DNA from: Candidatus Anstonellales archaeon
GTDB lineage: Archaea > Micrarchaeota > Micrarchaeia > Anstonellales > J096
Direction: 5' to 3'
DNA length: 64,000 bases
Assembly (NCBI GenBank): GCA_038890745.1
Contig: JAWAFD010000002.1
Coordinates: 183,130-247,129 of the forward strand
How positions within the stretch are numbered: the stretch's first letter is position 1; the number at the start of each line of letters is the position of its first letter. Under the pieces are notes generated by a model. The model was not told the DNA's origin. It worked only from the letters and a program-made list of their open reading frames with translations, and made no database searches. This document shows positions 47,508 to 57,539 of the stretch, piece by piece. A program made the position numbers and the translations under genes.

Positions 47508-48679
47508 ATTAATCTTCCTTCTTTTATTACTGCCTTAACCTTCCCCCTAAGCTTCATCCCTTCGAATGGGCTCCATTTGCATTTTGTGTTGAGCTCCTCT
47601 CCTTTTACAACCCATTCCTTATTCAAATCCACAATGGTTAAATCCCCAACGAACCCTTCCTTTATTCTTCCAATCCCATTCAACCCAAATATTCTGGCTG
47701 GGTTCTCAGCCATTTTTTCTTCTATCTCATCCAAAGTAATCAATCCTTTACTGTATGCTGTTAGCATGAGCGCAAGCGAAGTTTCCAATCCAGGATACCC
47801 CTTTGCTCCCTCTGTTTTCTCCTTTTTAGTGTGGGGTGCGTGGTCTGTTGATATACAATCAATCTTGCTGATTATCCTCCACAGTTTTTCCACCACTTCC
47901 CTTTCCCTTAAAGGTGGGTTTACCCCTCCCCATTTTTCTGTTGCGCTCTCATCCAAAAACAAATAGTGCGGGGCTGTTTCAACACTCGCCCCAAACATTT
48001 TTGCTAGCATCACCTCTTCATACGAGGTTGCGTGCGCGATATGAATCTTTGCGTTTGCAATCTTTCCAAGAGCACATGCCTTCGCTATTCCAACAATTCC
48101 AGCAGGCCACCTTTTCATCTTTTCCTTTTCCATCGCATTTATCGTTTCCTCATCCTCCGCATGAAAAACAATTGTTTTTTTGAAATTTTTCAAATGTTTT
48201 ATTATATTTTGTTCATCATCCACTAGCAGATCCCCAGTCGTTTTTCCCATGTAGATTTTCAGCCCCCTTACCCCTTCTATTCTTTCAGCCTTTTTTACTT
48301 CTGCGAAATTGTTCTTTGTTGCTCCGAAATGAAAATACACCCTTGCAAGAGAGCTTTTCGCAAGCTTTATCTTTTCCTTAACCCTCGGAATTGTTATCGT
48401 TGGTTTGGGATTGTTCGGCATGTCTATGATGGTTGTTATTCCACCAGCTATTGCGGCCCTTCCTCCACTTTCAAAGTTTTCCTTATGCTCTGCTCCCGGC
48501 TCTCGGAGATGAACGTGCGCGTCCACCAAGCCCGGAAAAACAAACATCCCTTTTGCATCAAACTTTTCTTCCCCCTTCCCATCAAAAATTCCTATCTTTT
48601 TTATTTTTTTATCCACTAGAATATCCTTTTCAACTACTATCTTGCCATCATAAAAGAACCTTGCATTTTTTACTATCAT
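47480..48679 (-). CDS. pyrC: Dihydroorotase
   Basis: PGLVDAHVHLREPG, DMPN, HAED, VNPPLR and TDHAPH. Confidence 0.88.
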   Translation of the reverse strand: MIVKNARFFYDGKIVVEKDILVDKKIKKIGIFDGKGEEKFDAKGMFVFPGLVDAHVHLREPGAEHKENFESGGRAAIAGGITTIIDMPNNPKPTITIPRVKEKIKLAKSSLARVYFHFGATKNNFAEVKKAERIEGVRGLKIYMGKTTGDLLVDDEQNIIKHLKNFKKTIVFHAEDEETINAMEKEKMKRWPAGIVGIAKACALGKIANAKIHIAHATSYEEVMLAKMFGASVETAPHYLFLDESATEKWGGVNPPLREREVVEKLWRIISKIDCISTDHAPHTKKEKTEGAKGYPGLETSLALMLTAYSKGLITLDEIEEKMAENPARIFGLNGIGRIKEGFVGDLTIVDLNKEWVVKGEELNTKCKWSPFEGMKLRGKVKAVIKEGRLIYEDGNFFA

Positions 48680-48693
48680 CCTTTCCCTCTAGT

Positions 48694-50313
48694 TTATATA
48701 GGAATCGGGACGTACATCCCAATGTATCTCATTAATTTGTACAAAATTTTCCACCACCACTGGCTCCTTGTTTCTATTACTTTCAGAAGAGGTTTGAATG
48801 CTTGCTTCTCCTCCAGCCCCATCTTGCTCTCGGTTATCTTTACATGCTTTTTTCCATCCACCAGTGTTATCTCCTCCTGCTTTCCTATCTGCTTTTTTGC
48901 TTGCCCGTACCATGGCGGTAGGGTGGATTCTATCTTCTTTATTGCTTTAATGTAATCCCCTGTGTTTATGGGCCTTTCCTTTCCTGTTTTGAAAGCGATC
49001 CTCCATGGGATCGCAGCTGCCTCATCGCATACTGCTTTCAGGTCAGCAGAAGAATAACCATATGTCGCAAGCCCCAATCTCCACCACGGGATGTATTTTT
49101 CAACTGGTCTTTTTCGTGAATGAATCTTCAGTATCGCCACCCTTGACTTCAAATCCGGCTCAGGGATGTAGATTGTTTTGCTGAACCTTCCACTTCTCCT
49201 TAAAGCAGGGTCAACATCCCACGGTGCGTTTGTAGCAGCAATAACAAGAACATTCTCATTGTTCGCTTCTATCCCATCCATCTCAAACAGAAGTTGGTTT
49301 ATTGCTGTTCTCATGTACTGTTGTCCTTCCTGCTGATCCCTCCTTCCCCCTATTGCGTCAACCTCATCAAAGAAAATTATGCATGGCGCATTTTTTCTTG
49401 CAAGCTCAAAAACCTTATGGATGTTCTTCTCAGTGTTTCCAACATACATGTCCAATAGATCAGAGAGTTTTGCATTTATGAAACCCGCCTTACTCTCACC
49501 AGCAGCTGCTTTTACGATATAGGTTTTTCCGCATCCCGGAGGCCCATACATCAAAATTCCTCCTCCCCCAAGCTTTCCATACTTTCTTGCGAGGTCTGGT
49601 TTTAGCATTGGGTAAACGATCGCCTCCCTTATCTCCTCTTTCACCTTTTCCATTCCTGCAACATCCATGAATGTCATGTTTGGCTTCTGAAGCATCTTTA
49701 TGTCTGCTTTTCCTTCCCCGCCCGCCGTCTGCTCCTTCTTAGCTTTCGCTGCTTCAAGATGCGCTTTTGCCTCCACCAGTTCTGGGTTCAATTCAAGTGC
49801 CTTTTCATAATCCCTTATTGCTTCCTCCAGGCTTCCGGCATACTCATAAGCCAATCCTCTTAGATGCCATGCCTCTGCAAAATCAGGCTTAAGCTCGATT
49901 ACTTTTGAAAAATCTTCAACGGCTTTCTCATAGTTCTCAAGAGACGCATAACTGAGCCCCCTATTATAAAATGCCTTCATGTAGTGCGGGTTTAGCATTA
50001 TCGCCCGGTCATAGTCCTTTATCGCATCATTGAACTGCTGCTTTCTGTAATACGCATCCCCACGGTTATTGTATATTATCGGGTTTTTTGGGTCAAGCTC
50101 AGCTGCTTTCGTATAATCCACGATAGATTTATCATACTCTTTAAGCTTGTAATAACAGAGCGCCCTGTTGAAATATGCTTCTGAGAATAGGGGGTTTAGG
50201 AGGATCGCCATGTTGTAGTTTTCTATCGCCTTCTCATAGTCCTCTTTTTCATAGTATTCGTTCCCTATCTGATAGTATGTTCGTGCGTCTACATCGCTCC
50301 TTTTGGCTGGCAT
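48694..50313 (-). CDS. TPR-repeat plus single classical AAA+ module (CDC48/Vps4 clade) ATPase
   Basis: Five TPRs, GPPGCGKT, pore loop MYVG, IIFFDEVD and SRH ATNAPWDVDPALRRSGRF. Start placed at MPAKR. Confidence 0.85.
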   Translation of the reverse strand: MPAKRSDVDARTYYQIGNEYYEKEDYEKAIENYNMAILLNPLFSEAYFNRALCYYKLKEYDKSIVDYTKAAELDPKNPIIYNNRGDAYYRKQQFNDAIKDYDRAIMLNPHYMKAFYNRGLSYASLENYEKAVEDFSKVIELKPDFAEAWHLRGLAYEYAGSLEEAIRDYEKALELNPELVEAKAHLEAAKAKKEQTAGGEGKADIKMLQKPNMTFMDVAGMEKVKEEIREAIVYPMLKPDLARKYGKLGGGGILMYGPPGCGKTYIVKAAAGESKAGFINAKLSDLLDMYVGNTEKNIHKVFELARKNAPCIIFFDEVDAIGGRRDQQEGQQYMRTAINQLLFEMDGIEANNENVLVIAATNAPWDVDPALRRSGRFSKTIYIPEPDLKSRVAILKIHSRKRPVEKYIPWWRLGLATYGYSSADLKAVCDEAAAIPWRIAFKTGKERPINTGDYIKAIKKIESTLPPWYGQAKKQIGKQEEITLVDGKKHVKITESKMGLEEKQAFKPLLKVIETRSQWWWKILYKLMRYIGMYVPIPI

Positions 50314-50367
50314 ACATTTTCTATTAAAACATATACCTTTAAAATTTATTCCTTCCATTCTTCATTC

Positions 50368-50877
50368 ATGAAAGGACAAGCAGCCATGGAATATCTGATG
50401 ACCTACGGATGGGCGATACTCCTTTTGGTGATAGTTTTGAGCGTTCTTTTCGCCAGCGGCATTTTCACCCCCTCTCAATTTGTGAGGGAGGAATGCTCGT
50501 TTACCCCTGACCTTACCTGCGTAGCGGCGCAGTTGATAGATTCCGGAGCAGAGACAACTCTCATCGTGCGCGTAAAAAACAACTTCGGTTATCCTATAAA
50601 ACTTGATAAAATAACATACAAGACACAAGATTTTAGGGTCGATGGTGAAAAGGAATGGAGGCTAGACCTTTCAAAAAGATTAAACCAAGGGGAGACGTAC
50701 GATATTACTTTCAGCTTTAGAGGGAGCAGAAGGCCCAGCGAAGGAGAAATAAAAAAGATAAGCTCTCTCCTTACATACTACACCTGTGCTAACGAAATAA
50801 ATCCAACGTGCGCAGAGGATCCGGGTTATGCCCATTCCCTAAGCGGGAAAATAGTCGCAAAAGTACTCTATAAATAG
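50368..50877 (+). CDS. Type IV pilin-like protein
   Basis: MKG/QAAMEYLMTYGWAILLLVIV. Confidence 0.85.
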   Translation: MKGQAAMEYLMTYGWAILLLVIVLSVLFASGIFTPSQFVREECSFTPDLTCVAAQLIDSGAETTLIVRVKNNFGYPIKLDKITYKTQDFRVDGEKEWRLDLSKRLNQGETYDITFSFRGSRRPSEGEIKKISSLLTYYTCANEINPTCAEDPGYAHSLSGKIVAKVLYK

Positions 50878-51314
50878 TTCAGAAAACTCTCAACGATAAT
50901 TTTTTTCGCCATTCTTTTTCCGATCCCTCTACTCCGCAAATAGAATAGGATTTCTTCATCCATCTCTTGGATGGATGCGCCATGCCCAGCACGCGCATTC
51001 TCTTCGTATACCTCTATTGCAGGAACAACCTCTATCCTTCCCCCATCACTAAGCCCTTTTATGATCAGATTCCCTTCGCTTCCATCTGCACCCTTCTCAA
51101 TCCTAAGCCTTCCGGCGAGATTTACTTTTTTTCTCGCAAACCCTTTCAAAACAACATCGCTTTTGCTATTCTTCCCTCTGTGAAAGATCTCAATGTTTAC
51201 ATCTCTATCCTCAACCGCGAATCTCGCTTTCACCTCAGCGTTCTCCATAAGAACGATCCGCATGCTTTTCTTAGATGTTATCTCTTCTTTCCCGTAAATA
51301 ACCCTCTCCTCCAT
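50868..51314 (-). CDS. sufD: Short SufD-like protein
   Basis: VPAIEVYEENARAGHGAS...LFYLRSRGI; C-terminal part of the SufBD fold only. Confidence 0.75.
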   Translation of the reverse strand: MEERVIYGKEEITSKKSMRIVLMENAEVKARFAVEDRDVNIEIFHRGKNSKSDVVLKGFARKKVNLAGRLRIEKGADGSEGNLIIKGLSDGGRIEVVPAIEVYEENARAGHGASIQEMDEEILFYLRSRGIGKRMAKKIIVESFLNYL

Positions 51315-52598
51315 TCAACCACCTTCTATTTCCATCTTAAGGATTTTGTAGAACTCAAGCGCAAACTCTATCTTCAGCTCTTTTATAAACTCATCCACAA
51401 ACCCGTTCACAATCAACCCAACCGCTTCCTTTTCACTAAACCCCCTATTCTGCAAATAAAGAAGGGCCTCATCACTCACCTTTCCGACCTTTGCCTCATG
51501 GTTTATGTTTGCTTTTCCCTCAGCAACAGGAAAGCTTTTCGCAACCCCATCATTCACTATGAGAGAATCGCATTTTACAAAACTTTTCATTTTTTCATGC
51601 GGAGAAAAAACATACCCACGGTATATTGTTTCCCCACCATCCTTTGAGATTGATTTTGAGGTGATGTTTGAGCTTGTATTCTTTCCGAAATGCAAAACCC
51701 TTATTCCCGTGTCCTGCCGTTGATCTTTTCCTGCAAAAGAAACACTTACCCCATCTGTTTTTGCCCCATCCCCGACGAGCTCTATTGTTGGGTACGCCAT
51801 GGTAAGCTTGCTTCCAAGCATTCCGCTTACCCACTTTGCGTACGCGTTTTCCTCCAGCCTGGCCCTTTTGTTTGTCAGATTAACAACATTCCTGCTCCAG
51901 TTTTGGATTGTTGTAAATTTAAGCCTCGCATCTTTTTTCACAAAAACCTCGACAGCACCTGCGTGCAGGCTGAACCTGTGCCACACGGGTGCGGTGCAAC
52001 CTTCTATATACTCCGCCTCCCCTCCTTCCTCAACAATTATCATGCTTCTCTCAAACTGCGCTATCCTTTCCCTGCTTATGTAAAAAAATCCTTGAATCGG
52101 AAGTTTTACCTTTTTTCTTTTTGGAATGTAAAGGAAAACCCCACCGCTCCAGAGTGCGGTGTTTAGGGCAGATCCCAGATTGTTCGGTTTTATAAGCTTT
52201 CCAAAATGTTTTTTCACAATCTTCTCATATTTTTTTACAGCGGCATTCATATCCTCTAGGATTATCCCCTCTTTCTCAGCCCACTCTTTTAGATGGGCGT
52301 ACACGACCCCGTAATCGTACTGCGCACCCAACCCAGCAAGATATCTTCTCTCTACCTCAGGTATTCCAATCTCCTCAAATTTTTTCCTTATCTCCTCTGG
52401 TACATCTTCCCATCTCGCTGCTTTCGGTTTTTCTTCTATTTCCTTTATCATCTCCCTCCAGCTTATCGGAAGCTCTATTTCTTTTACTTTTCTCAGCGCC
52501 TCGACCCCCTCCATTCTCTTCCTTACCATCCACCTTGGCTCGCCATGCTCCTCGGAGATTCTTCTCGCAACCCCTTTTATCCTCTCAAAAACATCCAT
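51315..52598 (-). CDS. sufB: Fe-S cluster assembly protein SufB
   Basis: WSGGVF, QFERS, YIEGCTAP, TIQNWS, KCDSL and HEAKVGKV. Confidence 0.95.
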   Translation of the reverse strand: MDVFERIKGVARRISEEHGEPRWMVRKRMEGVEALRKVKEIELPISWREMIKEIEEKPKAARWEDVPEEIRKKFEEIGIPEVERRYLAGLGAQYDYGVVYAHLKEWAEKEGIILEDMNAAVKKYEKIVKKHFGKLIKPNNLGSALNTALWSGGVFLYIPKRKKVKLPIQGFFYISRERIAQFERSMIIVEEGGEAEYIEGCTAPVWHRFSLHAGAVEVFVKKDARLKFTTIQNWSRNVVNLTNKRARLEENAYAKWVSGMLGSKLTMAYPTIELVGDGAKTDGVSVSFAGKDQRQDTGIRVLHFGKNTSSNITSKSISKDGGETIYRGYVFSPHEKMKSFVKCDSLIVNDGVAKSFPVAEGKANINHEAKVGKVSDEALLYLQNRGFSEKEAVGLIVNGFVDEFIKELKIEFALEFYKILKMEIEGG

Positions 52599-52652
52599 GC
52601 GTTGTTTTGTTCATAGTTAGTTTTTTAAACCTTTAAGTTAAAAAAATAAACC

Positions 52653-53063
52653 ATGCTTCTGGACAGAAAAGACACGATAATAGTTAGAATGCTTAGGGAG
52701 GATTCAAAGACACCTCTAAAGAGCATGGCGCATGCGGTTGGGATGAGCGAAACTGCTGTAAAGAAGCGCATAGAGAACCTGAAGAGGAAAGGGGTAATAA
52801 GAAGGTTTACTGCTGAAATAAATGAGAGGATTATTGGGCTTGCGAGGGGGATCGTTTTTTTGGATGTAAGGGATGTAGAAAAAGCAACCGCTTTTATTAA
52901 GAGGCTTCCTTTCGTTTCTGCCATATTCCTTTCTTCAGGCTCTTCAAACCTGGTTGTTGAGATAGAATGCCCAGAAGGTTTAATCCAAAGGATTTTTGAG
53001 CGGATTAAAAAGATGGCGGGTGTCAGGCGTGCATCCTGTTCGATCATAGTGAGGCGGTTATGA
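52653..53063 (+). CDS. Lrp/AsnC family transcriptional regulator
   Basis: LDRKDTIIVRMLREDSK...VGMSETAVKKRIENLKRKGVIRRF HTH. Confidence 0.9.
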   Translation: MLLDRKDTIIVRMLREDSKTPLKSMAHAVGMSETAVKKRIENLKRKGVIRRFTAEINERIIGLARGIVFLDVRDVEKATAFIKRLPFVSAIFLSSGSSNLVVEIECPEGLIQRIFERIKKMAGVRRASCSIIVRRL

Positions 53064-53728
53064 TGCTAAAACTTGAGGGGTTGAGCGTTTTTGTTGATGG
53101 AAAAGAGGTTGTGCGAAATGTGACCGCAGGGTTTGAGGGCATCAACATTCTTATGGGTCCGAACGGCTCTGGGAAGAGTTCCCTTGCGTTTGCGATCGCA
53201 GGCCATCCGAAATACAAAACAAAGGGAAAGATTTTTTTGGATGGAGAAGAGATTTCAAGTTTAAAGCCGGAAGAGAGGGCTAAGCTCGGTATTTTCCTCG
53301 CATTCCAAAACCCGCCGGAGATTGAAGGGGTTTCTATGAAAAAGCTTGCAGGTATGCTTTCAGAAAAATATGAAGAGGAAGCGAAGGCTTTGGGTGTGGA
53401 GGACCTGCTTGAAAGAAGTCTAAATTATAAATTTTCAGGAGGAGAAAAAAAGAGGAGCGAGCTTTTTCAGCTCCTTCTCTTGAAACCGAGGTTTGCAATC
53501 CTGGATGAGATAGATTCTGGTTTGGATGTGGAGGGAGTAAAAAAAGTTTTTGAAGCGATGGAAAAATTGAGAAAAACATCATTCCTTTTTATAACCCACC
53601 ACCCGGAGACTGCTGAGATGATAAAAGCGCAAAGGGTTTTTGTAATGGTGGATGGGAGGTTTGCACACTCCGGCGGAAGTGAAATAATTAAAAGGATTAA
53701 GGAGGAGGGATATACATGGCTGGAATGA
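53060..53728 (+). CDS. sufC: Fe-S assembly ABC ATPase SufC
   Basis: MGPNGSGKSS, AGHPKY, LAFQNPPEIEG, FSGGEKKR and LDEIDSGLD. Confidence 0.92.
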   Translation: MMLKLEGLSVFVDGKEVVRNVTAGFEGINILMGPNGSGKSSLAFAIAGHPKYKTKGKIFLDGEEISSLKPEERAKLGIFLAFQNPPEIEGVSMKKLAGMLSEKYEEEAKALGVEDLLERSLNYKFSGGEKKRSELFQLLLLKPRFAILDEIDSGLDVEGVKKVFEAMEKLRKTSFLFITHHPETAEMIKAQRVFVMVDGRFAHSGGSEIIKRIKEEGYTWLE

Positions 53729-54915
53729 ATGTAAATAAAATAAGAAAAGATTTTCCATTCTTAAAAAGAAAAATAGTTTACTTTGATAACGCCGCTTCTT
53801 CCCAAAAACCTAAGCAGGTTGTGGAAGCGATGAGAAATTTTTATTATGAGCATTACTCGAATGTTCATAGGGGGCTGCATACACTCAGCGAAGAGGCAAC
53901 CTCCATGTATGAGAAGAGCCGTGAGATAATCTCAGGTTTTATAGGTGCAAAACCGCATGAGCTTGTTTTTACAAAAAACTCTACAGAAGCCATAAACCTC
54001 GTTGCCTACTCTTGGGCTCTTAACAGTTTAAAATCCGGTGATGAAATAGTTGTGAGCATTCTTGAACACCATGCCAACATAGTCCCATGGCAGTTTGTTT
54101 GCAGGAAAACAGGTGCAAAACTTGTCTACCTCGATATAGATGGGGAAGGTGTGATACCAGAAAAGGAATATGAAAAAATAAACAGAAAAACAAGGATCGT
54201 TTCTATTACGCATGTTTCAAATGTTCTCGGAACCATTCTTCCTGTTGACCATATCGCTAAGATTGCACATGATAACGGAGCATTGTTCTTGGTTGATGGA
54301 AGCCAGAGTTCCCCCCATATGCCTATCGATGTTAAGAAAATTGGTTGCGATTTTTTTGCGTTTACAGGCCATAAGATGCTCGGTCCAAGCGGAATAGGAG
54401 GGCTTTATATTAAAGAGGAGATCGCCGAGACCATCCCCCCATTTTTATACGGAGGGGATATGATAAAGGATGTTAATCTGTATGAAAGTGTTTTTGCAGA
54501 CCCTCCACAAAAATTCGAGGCCGGTACCCCGCAGATAGCCGAGGCCATAGGTTTGGCAGAAGCGGTTAAGTATTTGCAGAATTTAGGAATGAAAAATGTG
54601 CGCGAGCATGAGAAAGGACTCACCGCTCATGCCATAAAAAAACTTTCTTCCATTTCTTATGTTGAGTTCTACGGACCAAGGGATGTTGAGATCAGAGCAG
54701 GTGTAATTCCGTTTAATGTACAGAATTTCTCTGCAAATGATGTTGCGATGTATTTAGATGAAAAAAACATAGCCGTTCGTTCAGGCCTTCACTGCGCCCA
54801 TCCCCTCCACAGAAGGCTTGGGCTTAAATCAACTGCAAGGGCAAGTTTTTATATTTATAATACTGAAGAGGAAATAGATTATTTTGTTGAGATGCTTGAA
54901 AAATTAAAACGGTGA
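53716..54915 (+). CDS. sufS: Cysteine desulfurase SufS
   Basis: YFDNAASSQKP, EHHANIVPW, TGHKMLGP and RSGLHCAHP. Confidence 0.95.
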   Translation: MAGMNVNKIRKDFPFLKRKIVYFDNAASSQKPKQVVEAMRNFYYEHYSNVHRGLHTLSEEATSMYEKSREIISGFIGAKPHELVFTKNSTEAINLVAYSWALNSLKSGDEIVVSILEHHANIVPWQFVCRKTGAKLVYLDIDGEGVIPEKEYEKINRKTRIVSITHVSNVLGTILPVDHIAKIAHDNGALFLVDGSQSSPHMPIDVKKIGCDFFAFTGHKMLGPSGIGGLYIKEEIAETIPPFLYGGDMIKDVNLYESVFADPPQKFEAGTPQIAEAIGLAEAVKYLQNLGMKNVREHEKGLTAHAIKKLSSISYVEFYGPRDVEIRAGVIPFNVQNFSANDVAMYLDEKNIAVRSGLHCAHPLHRRLGLKSTARASFYIYNTEEEIDYFVEMLEKLKR

Positions 54916-54919
54916 AAAC

Positions 54920-55267
54920 ATGGGCACGTTTGATGAACTTTTGAAAACAGCCGAGAGCCCAAAGCACTATGGAAAGATGGATAATGCTACAAAAGAGGGG
55001 ATGGCTTTAGAATGCGGAGAGGCGGTTAAGGTTTTTTTGAAAATCGAAGGAGAGAGAATAAAAGAGGCAAAATTCTATGGCGCAGAGTCCATGCTCTCAA
55101 AAGCAACCGCAGAGATTCTCATGGAGTATGTAGAAGGAAAAAAGGTTGAGGAGATTAAAAAAATGCAGAAAGAGGATATGCTTAAACTGATTACGTTTGA
55201 GCTTACACCATCAAAGGAAGCGCTTGCTCTCCTTCCTTTTAACGCACTCAAAGAAGCGCTTAAATAG
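54920..55267 (+). CDS. SufU/IscU-like protein with degenerate metal ligands
   Basis: PKHYG, ECGEAVKVFLKI and KFYG; located directly after sufS. Confidence 0.8.
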   Translation: MGTFDELLKTAESPKHYGKMDNATKEGMALECGEAVKVFLKIEGERIKEAKFYGAESMLSKATAEILMEYVEGKKVEEIKKMQKEDMLKLITFELTPSKEALALLPFNALKEALK

Positions 55268-55272
55268 AACCA

Positions 55273-56979
55273 TCACATCTTTTCCACAACTTCTATTCCG
55301 AGCAAGCCCAGACCGTCTTTCAAAATTTCAGAAAATTTTTTGACAAGAAGGATTCTTTTGAGCTTTCCTTCCTCTGCCTGCAAAACCCGGTATTTTGAGT
55401 AGAATGAATGGAATAGCTTTGCCAATTCTAGAAGGTAGTCGGCAATAACATGAGGGTCCATGTTCCTTGCTCCATTCTCAACAACCTCATCAAACCTTCC
55501 AAGCTCTTTTATCAAAAACCTTTCATCTTCATTGTACCTATACGCATCATCTTTCGGCATTTTTCCGATCTTGTTCAAGATGTTTATGGCACGCACATAG
55601 GAATACAAAAGATATGGGCCAGAATCTCCCTCTGTGCTCAATGCCCGCTCCCAATCGAATAAAACCTCTTTTTCAGAGTGGATTCTTAGAAATGCAAATT
55701 TTATTGCAGCATTCACAATCGCCTTTGCAGTTTTTTCATCTTTTGTTTTTTCTTTCACCCTTTTCATCCCTTCCTCAAAAAGCTCATCTGCGGTATACCC
55801 CACCCATATCCCCTTTCTTCCCGAGAATCTCTCGCTTTCCAGTCTAACATGTGCATACGCAAGATGATGGTAGTGGCTTATTCCAAATTTTGCAAGAATT
55901 TCCTTTATAACCTGCTGCGGGAATTTTTGCTCTATTCCAATAACGTTTATGACAGTATCGGCATTCCCAAACCCCATTTCCTTTCCTTTTTCACTGCTTT
56001 TGTAAGCGGTTTTCCCATTTGGCTGTTTTATGAATTTCTCAAACTTTATTCCTTTTATCTTTCCAAACTTCCATAACGCGAATATTACATCCTTTCCTGT
56101 GTAGGTTGCTGTTCCATCGCTTCTTATCAGAATTTTTTCTCCTTGACTGCTCTTGAAGATATAGCAGCCTGCATTCTTTCCTTCCCTACAATACTCAAGA
56201 GCGTTGCTTTTCTTAAGCATCTCCATTCCATTCTCAAAAATGTTGCGCATTATGTTGCTTTCAAAAACGAGCACGTTATGGAATATCCCAAATTTGAATG
56301 CGGTTTCATACTGCGCCCTTACGCATTCCTCAGCCAGCCATCTTGCCTCTTCTATCTCTCCCATTTCCATTTTTACCAATGTTTCCCTCACTTTATTTTC
56401 AACCTCTTTATTTTCTTCCATGCTTTTAGCAATGTTCACATACTCCTTTCCCAACCAATGGTCTATCTTTCCCTCAACTTTTTTGTTTATCTCAAGATAG
56501 CTGTACAGGCTCTGCGCAAACTGCAATCCCAAATCATCTATATAATCCATCCTTTCAACATCATACCCTAAATACTCGTATATGTTCGCAATAGAGTTTC
56601 CCAATAAAGCATTTCTCAGATGGCCAACGTGCCATGGCTTGTTCGGATTGACGGATGGAAATTCAACAATCACTTTTTTTCCTATTTTTTTTCTTTTCTT
56701 TACCCTTTCTTTTACAACATTTTCGTAATATTCGTCCGATACATAAAAATTAATGTACCCATTCACCACCTCAACCCGAGCAAAAAGTTTGTTTTTTGTT
56801 TTGAATTCCCCAGCGATTTCTTTAGGATCCTTTCCCAATTTTTTCGCAAGCATGAAAGCGATTGTTGATGAGTAATCACCCATCCCTTTTTTTGATTCTA
56901 CAACAGTTTTTTCTGCGCTTTCTTCATCTATTTTGTAAAACTTTGCAATCTCTTTCGCTATCTCTTTTTTTATCTCCAT
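55273..56979 (-). CDS. argS: Arginine--tRNA ligase
   Basis: SVNPNKPWHVGHLRN, FSGRKG, GDSGPYLLYSYVRA and C-terminal LGIEVVEKM. Confidence 0.96.
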   Translation of the reverse strand: MEIKKEIAKEIAKFYKIDEESAEKTVVESKKGMGDYSSTIAFMLAKKLGKDPKEIAGEFKTKNKLFARVEVVNGYINFYVSDEYYENVVKERVKKRKKIGKKVIVEFPSVNPNKPWHVGHLRNALLGNSIANIYEYLGYDVERMDYIDDLGLQFAQSLYSYLEINKKVEGKIDHWLGKEYVNIAKSMEENKEVENKVRETLVKMEMGEIEEARWLAEECVRAQYETAFKFGIFHNVLVFESNIMRNIFENGMEMLKKSNALEYCREGKNAGCYIFKSSQGEKILIRSDGTATYTGKDVIFALWKFGKIKGIKFEKFIKQPNGKTAYKSSEKGKEMGFGNADTVINVIGIEQKFPQQVIKEILAKFGISHYHHLAYAHVRLESERFSGRKGIWVGYTADELFEEGMKRVKEKTKDEKTAKAIVNAAIKFAFLRIHSEKEVLFDWERALSTEGDSGPYLLYSYVRAINILNKIGKMPKDDAYRYNEDERFLIKELGRFDEVVENGARNMDPHVIADYLLELAKLFHSFYSKYRVLQAEEGKLKRILLVKKFSEILKDGLGLLGIEVVEKM

Positions 56980-57489
56980 CTACTCACCCAACTTAAATTC
57001 CTTTAATTTTTCGTATATCGGCCCTTGCGGGGTAAGGGTGCTTTTGTAGAGCACAAAACTCTTTGCGGTAAATTCTCCAAAATTTTCCTTTTCATACCTT
57101 TCAAAAAATTTTTTTGCATCTATTTTTCTCTTTACCCTTGCAATGGTTATATGACCTTCAAACCTTTCATTTCTCATCTTTAATGCATTCTCTATTTTTC
57201 TCACTAGCGGTTCAAGGTTCCCTTCTGCGCCAACCCACACAACGTTTATATACTCTCTACTCGGAAACGCACCCACACCACTCACTTTTATTTCAATCGG
57301 TTCGTTTTCAACCTTTTCAAGCGCAGAAACTATCCCGCTTTCATCTTCTCTCTCGCCAATAAATTTTATTGTGATGTGCAGGTTCTCTTTTGCAACCGGT
57401 TTTATACTTTCAGCTGGAAGTTCCTTCTCAATCGCAAAAATTTTTTCTTTTATCTCCGCAGGCAGGTCTATGCCTATGAACAGGCGCAT
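56980..57489 (-). CDS. thpR: RNA 2',3'-cyclic phosphodiesterase (2H family)
   Basis: MRLFIGI, HITIKF, HITIAR and STLTPQGPIY. Confidence 0.92.
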   Translation of the reverse strand: MRLFIGIDLPAEIKEKIFAIEKELPAESIKPVAKENLHITIKFIGEREDESGIVSALEKVENEPIEIKVSGVGAFPSREYINVVWVGAEGNLEPLVRKIENALKMRNERFEGHITIARVKRKIDAKKFFERYEKENFGEFTAKSFVLYKSTLTPQGPIYEKLKEFKLGE

Positions 57490-57539
57490 GGTTCTCTTTC
57501 TCTTTTTGGTTTTTAAAGATTTGCTCCCAACATCTTTTC

